The notes under the pieces are model-generated. The model searched no databases. It was not told the DNA's origin and was given only the letters and a program-made list of their open reading frames with translations. Below are positions 47,288 through 56,924 of a stretch of 64,000 nt of DNA, in pieces. This DNA is from Bacilli bacterium (lineage in GTDB: Bacteria > Bacillota_I > Bacilli_A > ML615J-28 > CAG-698): assembly GCA_050953085.1 (NCBI GenBank), contig JBMNLX010000009.1, forward strand, positions 203,411 through 267,410, written 5' to 3'. How positions within the stretch are numbered: the first letter of the stretch is position 1; each line of letters starts with the position of its first letter. The position numbers and the translations under genes were made by a program.

Positions 47288-49878
47288 TGAACGATAGTTA
47301 TCAAAAAACCTCAAGCCTGGTATCGCCGCTTGCCGGGAAAACTGGCGGCGGGAATAAAAGCGCGTTGCGAGCTTTCCGCTTTCCGTGGGCGAAATTATTG
47401 ATTGTGGTTTTGCTTGCCTTAATCGCCGGCGGGATTTATCTTACCGCGGTTTTGAATAAAGTAAAAGTCCCGCCCCGACCGGCATACGACAAGGAAGGTT
47501 TCGTTCCCGCGGCGGAGTTCCGCGCCCAAAACGGCGCGCTCACTGTTCTTGAAAACGAAAACTACCGTTTCGCATTTTCCAATACCGACACCACCTTTGT
47601 CCTCACGGACAAGGATAGCGGCTACGAATGGAGCTCCAACCCGCTCGGCGCGGCGAAGCGTTTCATGAACCCGCTCGTTCTTTATTACGCCGGCGCCCTA
47701 GGGGCGGCGCAGAAAATGGGCGTCGGGGAAGAAGCGGTCGCTCACGATGATTTCTATATTAGAAAAACCGCCGACGCGATTGAAGTTCTTTACGCGGCGG
47801 GCGGGAAGCGGACGGTCGACGCTTCCGATTTCCCAAAAGTCATGACCGAGGAGCGAATGCAGGAAAAAATCCTTTCCAAACTCGAGCCCGGCACGACTCC
47901 TTACCGGCGCGTCACCGAACAGTGCTATGTTCACGGAACCTTAAAAGGCGATAAGATTTGGCAGCTGAAGGATGGGATCCAACCCCATATTCTCGAGGCT
48001 TTATATGAAATATTCTATGACCGGTGCGGATACACGACCGAGGATTTGGCTTATGACCTGGAGCTTGCCGGCATTCAATACGAGGATAAATACCCCTATT
48101 TTGAAATCGCCGTCCGCTACGAGCTATCGGCCGAGGGACTCGCCGTCCGCCTGGTTAACGAATCGATTTACGAGAAGGAAAAATTCCCGCTTGTTTATGT
48201 CGATCTCCTTCCTTATTTCGGCTCCGCGACGACCGAGGACGTGGGTTATACCTTGATTCCCGACGGCAGCGGCGCCTTAATCGAGCATAACAACGGCCGC
48301 TCTTTCGCGATGCCTTACTTGCAAAGAATCTACGGCGCCGACGCCGCCGAGATCAAACCGGTCATGTTGCCGGCCGCCGAGAAAATATCCTTCCCCGTTT
48401 TCGGCATCCGCCGCGGCGATTCCGCGTTGCTCGCGTCCGTTGACGAAGGCGCGGCGATGGCCGCGCTGGCCGCGAACGGTAGCACGGCGGACAATCCCTA
48501 CAATCAAGCCTATTTCCGTTATTACCTGCGCGAATCGCAAAGTTTCGAGTTTGCTTCTTATCAAAAAGTCGTCACCGTGATCGAATGGACGGCTTGGTAC
48601 AATAAGGCTGATTTCGTCGTGAAATACATGACGGTGAACGAGGACGGAGGAAGCTACGCGGCGATGGCGCGAAAATATCGGGAATACCTGATCTCGCGCG
48701 CGGTTTTGCATGAAAGAACGGCGGGTTTGGGATTTAATCTCACGCTATTGGGCGGCTATATCGCTCGCGATAATTTTCTCGGCATACCCTACGAAACGGT
48801 GCGCGCTTTGACCGACACGAAAGAAGTCCTGGAGATCGCCCGCGAGCTTAGGGAAGCTGGAATCGAAAACCTCAACATTATCTACCGCGGCTGGGGAAAC
48901 GACGGAATCAAACCGACTTACGCCGGGAAAATCCGCTATAACCGCGCCGTCGGAAAACGCGGCGCTTTCCGCTCGCTGAAGAAAGAACTTGACGCGCTCG
49001 GGGTCGAGTTTTTCCCGGAGATTTGCCTGCAGACTGCTTACACCGGCCGCGACATCCGGGAAAGCAAAACCGCCGCCCGCAACGTCTTGGGCCGGGTGGT
49101 AAAAAACTACGACTACACGGAAGCGACGTTTTACGCCGACACCTCGACCCGTCCGTACTATATGCTAAAACCCGCGACTTATGAGCAAACGCTCCGGGCG
49201 GTTATGAAGGAATTTGAAAAAACCGGCATTGACAATCTCGCGGTTCGCGACGCCGGCGCGCTTGCGGGTAGTTATCATAAAAAAGACACCTATTTCCGCG
49301 CCGATAGCGAGCGATATTTCCGCGAGGCGATGACGGCCTCGTTTGCGGGGAAAAGAATGTTTTCCGATCCCAATCTTTACGCCTTGCCGTTTTGCGATAT
49401 TATTGTCGACCTGCCGGCTACCGCCACCCCCTATCAAATTATCGGTGTCGCCGTGCCCTTTGCCCAACTAGTCTTAAGCGGCGCCGTCTCTTACGGCGGC
49501 CGATCGTTTAATATCGACGACAAATATCCCTACCGGTGGCACGAAATGAAAGCGATCGAAACGGCCGCGGATATTAGTTTCACTTGGAGCTACGAATCAA
49601 CCGTCGCGCTCGCGGAAACGGAATACAAGTATTATTCGACCTATTACCGCAATTGGATTGACAAGGCCGTCGAAACGTATCGCGAACTCAAGGCTCTGGG
49701 TATTCACGACGCCCGTCTCGTTGATCACCGTTTGCTTACGGATGACGGCTCCGTCGTTAAGTCGGTCTATAGCGACGGCGCGGAAATCATATTTAATTAC
49801 GGCATGACGCCGTTTAATTACGGAATGGATCAGGTGGCGCCGAACAGCTATTACGTCGCAAAGGGGGCGCGGTCATGA
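47287..49878 (+). CDS. DUF5696-family protein with N-terminal TM anchor
   Basis: ~860 aa, N-terminal TM LLIVVLLALIAGGIYL; start taken at second ATG with RBS TGGAGG. Confidence 0.65.
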   Translation: MNDSYQKTSSLVSPLAGKTGGGNKSALRAFRFPWAKLLIVVLLALIAGGIYLTAVLNKVKVPPRPAYDKEGFVPAAEFRAQNGALTVLENENYRFAFSNTDTTFVLTDKDSGYEWSSNPLGAAKRFMNPLVLYYAGALGAAQKMGVGEEAVAHDDFYIRKTADAIEVLYAAGGKRTVDASDFPKVMTEERMQEKILSKLEPGTTPYRRVTEQCYVHGTLKGDKIWQLKDGIQPHILEALYEIFYDRCGYTTEDLAYDLELAGIQYEDKYPYFEIAVRYELSAEGLAVRLVNESIYEKEKFPLVYVDLLPYFGSATTEDVGYTLIPDGSGALIEHNNGRSFAMPYLQRIYGADAAEIKPVMLPAAEKISFPVFGIRRGDSALLASVDEGAAMAALAANGSTADNPYNQAYFRYYLRESQSFEFASYQKVVTVIEWTAWYNKADFVVKYMTVNEDGGSYAAMARKYREYLISRAVLHERTAGLGFNLTLLGGYIARDNFLGIPYETVRALTDTKEVLEIARELREAGIENLNIIYRGWGNDGIKPTYAGKIRYNRAVGKRGAFRSLKKELDALGVEFFPEICLQTAYTGRDIRESKTAARNVLGRVVKNYDYTEATFYADTSTRPYYMLKPATYEQTLRAVMKEFEKTGIDNLAVRDAGALAGSYHKKDTYFRADSERYFREAMTASFAGKRMFSDPNLYALPFCDIIVDLPATATPYQIIGVAVPFAQLVLSGAVSYGGRSFNIDDKYPYRWHEMKAIETAADISFTWSYESTVALAETEYKYYSTYYRNWIDKAVETYRELKALGIHDARLVDHRLLTDDGSVVKSVYSDGAEIIFNYGMTPFNYGMDQVAPNSYYVAKGARS

Positions 49879-51302
49879 AAAATAACGCCCGCATCGAAAA
49901 GTTGAATAAAAAAATCGCGCTGCTAAGCGCCCGAATCGAGAAGGCGGCGGCCGAGCGCGCCGAATTGCTTTCTCTCGCGACCGTACCTCTCGGGAAAGTC
50001 TTCCGGCTGGAACGGCTCCTTTTTCGCCTGGAAAACGGCCGCGAAGCGCGCCGGGAGAAACTTTCCGCCCTGGAAACGGGCGCGCCCGCGCGGCGGAAAA
50101 CGAGAAGGGCGCGCATTGCCTACCTTAGCCCGGAAGCTGGGAAGATCTATTCCGAGCAAATCAAAGCGAAAAAAGAAAAATATGAGAAAAGTTTGGATAA
50201 GGCGACCGAGAAATACATAGAAAAAGCTAAGGCCAAACAGACAGGCCAAAAAGGCGTCAGTTACCGCCAAGTCGCGGTCGCCGGCCGAAAACGGGAACGG
50301 CTTAAGAAAACGGTTCAACATTACGAATTACAATTATTGCGTCTTAGCGAAGGCAAATACCAGTTACTCGGTTTCTTCGGAAAAATTAAGCGATCTTTCT
50401 CCCAAATGCCTTACGGCAAGCAAAAATTAGTATTCGGTTTGCTTTTCCTTACTCCTTGGATAATCGGTTTTTGCATTTTTTTCGCCGTTCCCGTTTTTAC
50501 TACTATTTCTTGGAGTTTTCAAAAACTCGAGACGGTTTCCGGCGGCGGCTTTAAGTCGACGTTCGTCGGGTTCGGGAATTACCGCGATTTGTTTACGACC
50601 GCGACCTTGGCCGGATCGACAATCTCCGAAGTTATCGTCGCCTCGGTGATCGATATCTTGTTGGATCTTCCGACGATTATTATCTTTAGTTTGTTTATCG
50701 CCGCGCTTTTGAACACGCGCTTTAAGGGTCACCAACTGGTGAAGGCGATCTTTTTCATCCCGGTTGTCTACAACATCACCGTTATCAACAACACCCTCAC
50801 GGGGATGTTCGGCCAGCGATTTGACTCCGCGATTACGGAAGGATTCAATCTTTCGCAGCGTTTCGCCTTCTTTCTTCAGCGGATCGGCGTCGGCGGGAAT
50901 CTGATCGACTTTCTGATTTCCGCGGTCGACCGAATCTTCACGATTGTCAATATGTCGGGAATCCAGATTTTGATGTTTATCGCCGCTCTGCAGTCAATCC
51001 CGAAACATCTCTACGAAGCCGCCAAGGTTGAAGGCGCGACCTCTTACGAGATGTTTTGGAAGATTACTTTCCCGATGGTTTCGCCGATTATCATGACGGC
51101 GATCGTCTTTACCATCGTCAACAGTTTCGCGACCTCCGAGATCATGAATTTCATGACCGTGAACTCGCAGGGAACGACGATGGCGACCAATAACCCCGGA
51201 CTTTACTCGGCCATCGCGATTATCTACTTTCTGGCAAACGCCCTGATAATCGCCGCCGCTTTCGTTATCATGAGAAAGGTTGTGTTCTATCATGACAAGT
51301 AA
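49875..51302 (+). CDS. carbohydrate ABC permease (MalF-like) with ~180-aa basic coiled-coil N-terminal cytoplasmic extension
   Basis: Permease core with EAA loop EAAKVEGATSYEMFWKITFP; N-terminal KLNKKIALLSARIEKAAAERAELL...KAKKEKYEKSLDKATEKYIEKAKAK. Confidence 0.8.
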   Translation: MKNNARIEKLNKKIALLSARIEKAAAERAELLSLATVPLGKVFRLERLLFRLENGREARREKLSALETGAPARRKTRRARIAYLSPEAGKIYSEQIKAKKEKYEKSLDKATEKYIEKAKAKQTGQKGVSYRQVAVAGRKRERLKKTVQHYELQLLRLSEGKYQLLGFFGKIKRSFSQMPYGKQKLVFGLLFLTPWIIGFCIFFAVPVFTTISWSFQKLETVSGGGFKSTFVGFGNYRDLFTTATLAGSTISEVIVASVIDILLDLPTIIIFSLFIAALLNTRFKGHQLVKAIFFIPVVYNITVINNTLTGMFGQRFDSAITEGFNLSQRFAFFLQRIGVGGNLIDFLISAVDRIFTIVNMSGIQILMFIAALQSIPKHLYEAAKVEGATSYEMFWKITFPMVSPIIMTAIVFTIVNSFATSEIMNFMTVNSQGTTMATNNPGLYSAIAIIYFLANALIIAAAFVIMRKVVFYHDK

Positions 51303-52290
51303 GCAAAGTTTTAAAACGAAGGCGGCGTCCCGTTTAGCATCGCTCCGGGAACGGCTCGCGTCGCCGCGGGAGCGGATGCTTCTTCGCCGGCGGGCGTTAA
51401 ACGCGATCGCGAACATCTTTAAATACGCGCTCCTAATTGGGCTTTGCTTTATTATCCTTTACCCGATTATCCTGCAACTCGCGCTCGCCTTCCGGGCTCC
51501 CGAAGACGTCAATAACCCGGCGATTCTTTGGATCCCGGAACGGTTCTCGCTGAAGAATTTCGAGGTTGCGATGATCGCCCTCCGTTACTGGGAGGCGCTG
51601 CGTTATACTCTCATCCTGTCAACAATAGTCACCGTCCTGCAGCTGGCCTCGACCTCGCTCGCGGGCTACGCCTTCGCGAGGCTCAGGTTCCGCGGCAGCT
51701 CGATTTTGTTTGGGTTAGCGCTTTTCACGATTATCGTTCCCCAAACCGTTATCTCGCTTCCGCTATTACGGGCGGTAACGAAAATGGGTCTTGTTGACAA
51801 ACCGATAACGCTCTTCCTTATGTCCGGGCTCGGCATGGGGATTAGGTCGGGTATCTTTATCTATCTGTTCCGTCAGTTTTACCGCGGGCTTCCGGTCGAG
51901 CTCGAGGAAGCGGCCGTCGTCGACGGCGCCAACGCTTTCCAGGTTTTTTACCGGGTAATGCTCCCGAACGCGAAGCCGGCGATCATCACGGTCGGTCTTT
52001 TGAGTTTCGTTTGGCAGTGGAATGATTTTTACTTCACGAAACTGTTTTCCGGCGGCCAGTATTTCACGCTCACGACGCAGCAGGTCGCGGTTCTTTACGG
52101 CTTGCAGCAGGCGTTGGCCGACGCCGGGGTTTGGAGTCTTCTCGGACAGGATATCACCAACAACCCGTATTTTTCTTCAATGATCCTGAATACGTGCGGC
52201 ATTTTGGTAATGCTTCCGCTATTGGTCATTTATTTCTTCGTCCAGAAATTATTCGTAGAGGGAATTGAAAGATCCGGCATCGTCGGATAA
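51280..52290 (+). CDS. carbohydrate ABC permease (MalG-like) with ~50-aa N-terminal extension
   Basis: EAA loop EAAVVDGANAFQVFYRVMLP. Confidence 0.8.
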   Translation: MCSIMTSKQSFKTKAASRLASLRERLASPRERMLLRRRALNAIANIFKYALLIGLCFIILYPIILQLALAFRAPEDVNNPAILWIPERFSLKNFEVAMIALRYWEALRYTLILSTIVTVLQLASTSLAGYAFARLRFRGSSILFGLALFTIIVPQTVISLPLLRAVTKMGLVDKPITLFLMSGLGMGIRSGIFIYLFRQFYRGLPVELEEAAVVDGANAFQVFYRVMLPNAKPAIITVGLLSFVWQWNDFYFTKLFSGGQYFTLTTQQVAVLYGLQQALADAGVWSLLGQDITNNPYFSSMILNTCGILVMLPLLVIYFFVQKLFVEGIERSGIVG

Positions 52291-52324
52291 AATATATACC
52301 GGAAAGGAGCAAAAGATAATAAAC

Positions 52325-53866
52325 ATGAAAATCATAAAAAAATTATTTCTCGTTTTGATTATTTTCCTCGCGGTTTTCGCCGTCGGCTGTAAAAAGGATG
52401 ACGACAACGGAAACAACAACGGAAATAATAACGGAAACGGAAACGAGAACGGCAACGGGACGATCGACGACCCCGTTCCCGACATGAAAGGGCAAACCTT
52501 CATAATCATGGTTAACCGCGCCTCGACAACCGACCCGCGGAGCGAGGCTTACACCGGCAGTTGGAAAGATCAGAAGATCGCCAAGATTCAAGAAGTCGAA
52601 GATAAGTACAATATCAAAGTGGAATACCGCACATATCCCGCGGAAGCGGTTTGGGGCGGCGGCCGCGAACGGTTTATAATCGAAAACTCGGTTAACGACA
52701 CGCCGAAGGCGCATATTTACGAGATGCCGTCTTACTCAATCGCGATTCTCGCGGAAGCAAAGGCGATCTTGCCTTTGGACTCGCTGATCGAGAAATACGG
52801 GAATCCGGGTTATTGGCCGGAAAAGGCGGCTTTTGGCATGGTAATGGGCAAGCAATACGCCTATGACGACGGTTACCCGCTCGTCGGCCAGGGGATCTTT
52901 TATAATATCGACTTGCTCGAGGAGTATTTGGGCGAGGGCAAGGGCACTCTCCCGAGCGAGCTTTGGCTCGCGGGCGAGTGGGATTGGGACGCTTTCCGCG
53001 AGATCTGTTATCAACTCTTGCCGGGAATCTCCGGCCGCGCCGTCGAGGGAGCCGCCGTTATCGGCGGCCGGGCTTACAACTGGGCATACCAAATGCTTGG
53101 GGCGAACGGCGTTCACGTCGTCACCACCGACCTGAAGTCGGAACTGTCGACCGCTCCCGCCATCGATACCCTGACTTTCCTGCACGAACTGATCAGCGTT
53201 CCGGGAATGTGGGAATGGCAGAGCGCGGCCTTGGAAAACGCCTCCTGCCCGCAGTTTAAAGCCGGAAATATCGCCTTTCATAACGGCGAGCCTTATTGGC
53301 TATATGACTCGACGAAATGGCTTGATTACCAGTTTAATATGGGCTTCGTTCCCTACCCGACCGGGCCGAACACCAACGAAGACTTAAGCAATTACTACAT
53401 TAACGAGATTTACGGGAAGACGAGTTACGTTGTTTCGAGTTCCTACTCGCTTGAAAAAGTTCCGCCGGGATACGAGAACATCATGTTCCACGAGGAGAAT
53501 ATTTTCCGCATCTGGTCCGACCTGCAATATTTTCCGGAGATCGACGAGGAAACGGGGTATAGTTCCACCGACGAGATCGTCGAGGAATGGGTGTTCACCA
53601 CGCTGGAACTTTATTACAGCCCGAAAGGAAACAACGCCTCGATCGAGGCTCATAAGTCGATTATGTTCAGAGGCTATCCCGATTATTTCTACAGCCTTTA
53701 CTGGGCCCGCAGCCAAGACGAGACCAAGTCGTTCATGCTTGAAATCCAGCAGGCGATTCTGAGCGGGTCAATCCGCGACGAGATGATCGATCTCGTGAGC
53801 CGGATTCATCAAGAATTTCTCGACACATACACAAATCTAGGCTTAACCGAAGAACACTATAAATAA
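52325..53866 (+). CDS. extracellular solute-binding lipoprotein (CUT1 family) with Asn/Gly low-complexity linker
   Basis: Lipobox AVGC; RBS GGAAAGGAG; SBP fold. Confidence 0.8.
   Translation: MKIIKKLFLVLIIFLAVFAVGCKKDDDNGNNNGNNNGNGNENGNGTIDDPVPDMKGQTFIIMVNRASTTDPRSEAYTGSWKDQKIAKIQEVEDKYNIKVEYRTYPAEAVWGGGRERFIIENSVNDTPKAHIYEMPSYSIAILAEAKAILPLDSLIEKYGNPGYWPEKAAFGMVMGKQYAYDDGYPLVGQGIFYNIDLLEEYLGEGKGTLPSELWLAGEWDWDAFREICYQLLPGISGRAVEGAAVIGGRAYNWAYQMLGANGVHVVTTDLKSELSTAPAIDTLTFLHELISVPGMWEWQSAALENASCPQFKAGNIAFHNGEPYWLYDSTKWLDYQFNMGFVPYPTGPNTNEDLSNYYINEIYGKTSYVVSSSYSLEKVPPGYENIMFHEENIFRIWSDLQYFPEIDEETGYSSTDEIVEEWVFTTLELYYSPKGNNASIEAHKSIMFRGYPDYFYSLYWARSQDETKSFMLEIQQAILSGSIRDEMIDLVSRIHQEFLDTYTNLGLTEEHYK
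52404..52460 (+). repeat. imperfect AACGGA hexanucleotide microsatellite encoding NGNNNGNNNGNGNENGNG linker
   Basis: aacggaaacaacaacggaaataataacggaaacggaaacgagaacggcaacggg. Confidence 0.8.
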
Positions 53867-53875
53867 GGACGGAAA

Positions 53876-55438
53876 ATGAAAAAATTACTAATACCGGCGA
53901 TCGCCGCGCTATGTTTCTTTTGCCTGCAGGGTTGCCGGGAATCGACGGAAAAACAATTACAAAAAATACTGAACTCAATTGAAATTCCGGCCGAAGTGAC
54001 GGGCAATATCGATCTGCGCGAAAGCTACACGGTCGGGGGCGCGACGGCGCGCGCGGAATGGCATTCCACCGACTCCGGCGTCATAACCAATACCGGCGAG
54101 GTAAAAGTCGAGGTCTATGACCGCCACGCTATCCTTCAGGTTAAACTCTTCATCGGCGAGCATTTCGTCACGAAGAACTTCCCGGTAACGGTCAAGGGGA
54201 GCGCCGATCTCGCGCTCTTGCACGCTTTCGTTCAGGATCAGTTGCGTTTTGAACGCGAGGTGACGGGAAATCTCCCGCTTTTGACCGAATACGTCCAGGA
54301 CGGGGTGAAGATCGACGCCGTTTGGTTTTCGGATAAGCCGGAGATAATCGCCCCCGACGGGACCGTCCGCAGGGGCGAAGAGGAAGTCGACGTGACACTG
54401 ACCGTGACGCTTAGCCTTAACGAAGCCCGATTGACGCAAAGTTTTAATTTAACGGTCCTTCGCGACCCGGCGCTCTCGCCGATCAACTGGTGGCACACGG
54501 TCGAGGTCTGGACAGGCGTTATTCCCGGCGAGGCGAAAAAGCCGGCGACGCCGGCTTGTTTCCCGGGGGCCGTTTACCGCAAAGTCGTTTCGAGCCGCGA
54601 TTATTGGCTCGGCATCGAGGCCGTCGTGACCCTGCCGGAGTTTACCCCCGACCCGCGACGCTTCGACGAAAGCAAACTTAGTTACTATTTGGATAACGCC
54701 TCCATTTACATGGGCGGTAACGCCCAATACGAAAGCGATATCGGTCTGACATGGTCTATCGGCTACGCCGAGCGCGGCGCGACCAACTACAGCCGCTCGG
54801 GTATCGCGTTCCGCCCTTTTTGGCGTTATATTACGCGCAAGGAACCCGATTGCACAAATTGTTATCGCAACAGTAACGTTAAGGATTTGGAATATTATTA
54901 TTTCCCCGGAGATAAGATCAGAATGAGCGTGATCAGCCCGGAACGCGGTTATCTGCAGATGCGGATTGAACTACTGGAAGAGACGACGATCGAGAAATAC
55001 GCCGCCCGGCGCGCCGCCCTCGAGCTTCCCGCGGGCTACAGCCGCGTATTTATGACGCCGCCTTTTCCTTCCGAGGGAATGGGAGCGACGAAGGCGGAGT
55101 TCAAACGGGTTAACGCCATCGATCAAGTCGCAAACGAAGGCAAACCGACGATCAATACCGACGCGAAAGTTGAGGGAGCGGTTTGGCACGAGGTCTACCT
55201 TTACCGCGAGATTGACGACAAGATTTATAAGGTCCCGTTAACCGCCGACCGGAGCGCGGGGATGGCCTGTCCCGCTGGTAAAAACCAAAACGGCGACTTC
55301 ACGGGCGCCGTGATTACCGGCGTCGCGGGCGTTAATCCCGCCCTCGGGGGGGAGACGGTAACGATTAAGCCCGATAACGGCACCGGGCGGTTATATAGCA
55401 ATTACGCGTTCATCAAACGGAAGGAAGAGGATTTATGA
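53876..55438 (+). CDS. lipoprotein with two N-terminal Ig-like domains and C-terminal 'X-domain' (paralog 2)
   Basis: Lipobox LQGC; C-terminal half carries the X motifs CFPGAVYRK, RDYWLG, RPFWRYI, YYYFPGD, EFKRVNAIDQ, EVYLYRE, KVP. Confidence 0.6.
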   Translation: MKKLLIPAIAALCFFCLQGCRESTEKQLQKILNSIEIPAEVTGNIDLRESYTVGGATARAEWHSTDSGVITNTGEVKVEVYDRHAILQVKLFIGEHFVTKNFPVTVKGSADLALLHAFVQDQLRFEREVTGNLPLLTEYVQDGVKIDAVWFSDKPEIIAPDGTVRRGEEEVDVTLTVTLSLNEARLTQSFNLTVLRDPALSPINWWHTVEVWTGVIPGEAKKPATPACFPGAVYRKVVSSRDYWLGIEAVVTLPEFTPDPRRFDESKLSYYLDNASIYMGGNAQYESDIGLTWSIGYAERGATNYSRSGIAFRPFWRYITRKEPDCTNCYRNSNVKDLEYYYFPGDKIRMSVISPERGYLQMRIELLEETTIEKYAARRAALELPAGYSRVFMTPPFPSEGMGATKAEFKRVNAIDQVANEGKPTINTDAKVEGAVWHEVYLYREIDDKIYKVPLTADRSAGMACPAGKNQNGDFTGAVITGVAGVNPALGGETVTIKPDNGTGRLYSNYAFIKRKEEDL

Positions 55439-56139
55439 TCGATAAGATCTATCATCAACTAATCGTTTCCTGCCAGGCCCGCCCCGGCGAGCCCCTGCGC
55501 GATTCCGGAATTATCGCGAAAATGGCGGAGGCGGCCGTCATGGGCGGCGCCGCCGCGATCAGGGCCGCCGGCGTCGAGGACATTCTCGCAATCAAGCGGG
55601 CGGTATCCGTTCCGGTGATCGGGCTTATCAAGCGGGAGTATCCCGACAGCGATATCTACATCACCCCGACAAAGCGGGAGGTCGAGGAACTCCTCTCTAC
55701 GGATTGCGAGATGATCGCGATCGACGCCACCTCGAGACGCCGTCCCGGCGGGGAGGAGGTTAAGGAACTTTTGGCGCTCGCGCATCATCATCGCCGCCTC
55801 GTCCTGGCGGACGTCGCGACTTTTGAGGAAGCGAAAGCGGCGCAGGATCTCGGATTTGACGCCGTGGCGACGACGATGGCAGGCTATACCGCCTACACGC
55901 GCCCGCTTCCGGGCCCGGATTTCCGGCTGCTTAGGCGGATGGTAAGGCGGCTGTTTATCCCGGTAATCGCGGAGGGAAGAATTTATGATACCCGCGATTT
56001 GAGGAAGGTACTGAAGATCGGTCCCCACGCCGTCGCGATCGGGACGGCGATTACCCGGCCCCACGTTATTACCGAAAGGTTTCTCCGTTGCTTTAAGGAG
56101 GGGAAATACGGGAAGAGCCGACAAAAATTCGAAAAATGA
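55435..56139 (+). CDS. nanE: putative N-acetylmannosamine-6-phosphate 2-epimerase
   Basis: LIVSCQARPGEPL...IGLIKREYPDS...MIAIDAT NanE TIM-barrel signature. Confidence 0.8.
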   Translation: MIDKIYHQLIVSCQARPGEPLRDSGIIAKMAEAAVMGGAAAIRAAGVEDILAIKRAVSVPVIGLIKREYPDSDIYITPTKREVEELLSTDCEMIAIDATSRRRPGGEEVKELLALAHHHRRLVLADVATFEEAKAAQDLGFDAVATTMAGYTAYTRPLPGPDFRLLRRMVRRLFIPVIAEGRIYDTRDLRKVLKIGPHAVAIGTAITRPHVITERFLRCFKEGKYGKSRQKFEK

Positions 56140-56150
56140 TATTTCCCAAA

Positions 56151-56178
56151 TGTAAAACATTGAAAAAAGTGGTATAAT
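56151..56178 (+). promoter_or_regulatory. promoter for GntR regulator (weak -35 TGTAAA, extended -10 TGGTATAAT)
   Basis: TGGTATAAT 56170-56178, 31 nt before ATG 56208. Confidence 0.45.
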
Positions 56179-56207
56179 TATAAAAACTTATTTTAGCGAG
56201 GTAGTAT

Positions 56208-56924
56208 ATGGGTAAGATTCCAATGTATCAACAAATCGAGAGGGACCTGCGGGTGGCGATTTTGGAGGGAAAACTGAAACAGGGAGACATGGTCCCGAGC
56301 GAAACAGAGCTCGCCGCACGGTACAAGGTAACGCGGATGACGGTCAGGCAGGCGATTAATAATCTTTTGGTCGACGGTTATATTTACCGACATAAAGGCC
56401 GCGGCACTTTTGTTACTTTCAATAAAAAGGAAATGCAGGACGAGACGCCGTTTTTTTCCTTCGCCAACGAGATGAAGGGGGTCGACGGCCCCGTCAAAAC
56501 GACCGTATTGAAGTTTGAGGTCGGCAAGGCCGATGAGATTATCGCTCTCAGGCTGCAGCTGCGCGTCGACGACCCGATTTATTACGTCGAGCGGTTGCGC
56601 CATTCCGGAAACAAACCGCTCGCTTTCGAGCGCGTCTACCTTCCCTACAATATGTATCACGAGTTGAACGAGGATATATTCAAAGGGTCTTTTCACGATT
56701 ATGTTCAGAATAAACTTAACTGGAAAATCAGGAACTGCGTCCGGGCGATCGAGGCCCGCGGCGTGACGAAGAAGGTCGCCGAACTTTTACATCAAAGAGA
56801 AGGCGAACCGTCCCTGTATATGAGCAGCGTCACATATTTGGACAACGGCCGCGCTTTTGTCTACACGCGCTGCTATTTCCATGGGGAACATTTCCGCTTT
56901 AAACATAATTTTACGAGAAAATGA
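56208..56924 (+). CDS. GntR-family transcriptional regulator, HutC/UTRA subfamily (NagR/YvoA-like)
   Basis: wHTH ETELAARYKVTRMTVRQAINNL plus UTRA effector domain. Confidence 0.85.
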   Translation: MGKIPMYQQIERDLRVAILEGKLKQGDMVPSETELAARYKVTRMTVRQAINNLLVDGYIYRHKGRGTFVTFNKKEMQDETPFFSFANEMKGVDGPVKTTVLKFEVGKADEIIALRLQLRVDDPIYYVERLRHSGNKPLAFERVYLPYNMYHELNEDIFKGSFHDYVQNKLNWKIRNCVRAIEARGVTKKVAELLHQREGEPSLYMSSVTYLDNGRAFVYTRCYFHGEHFRFKHNFTRK

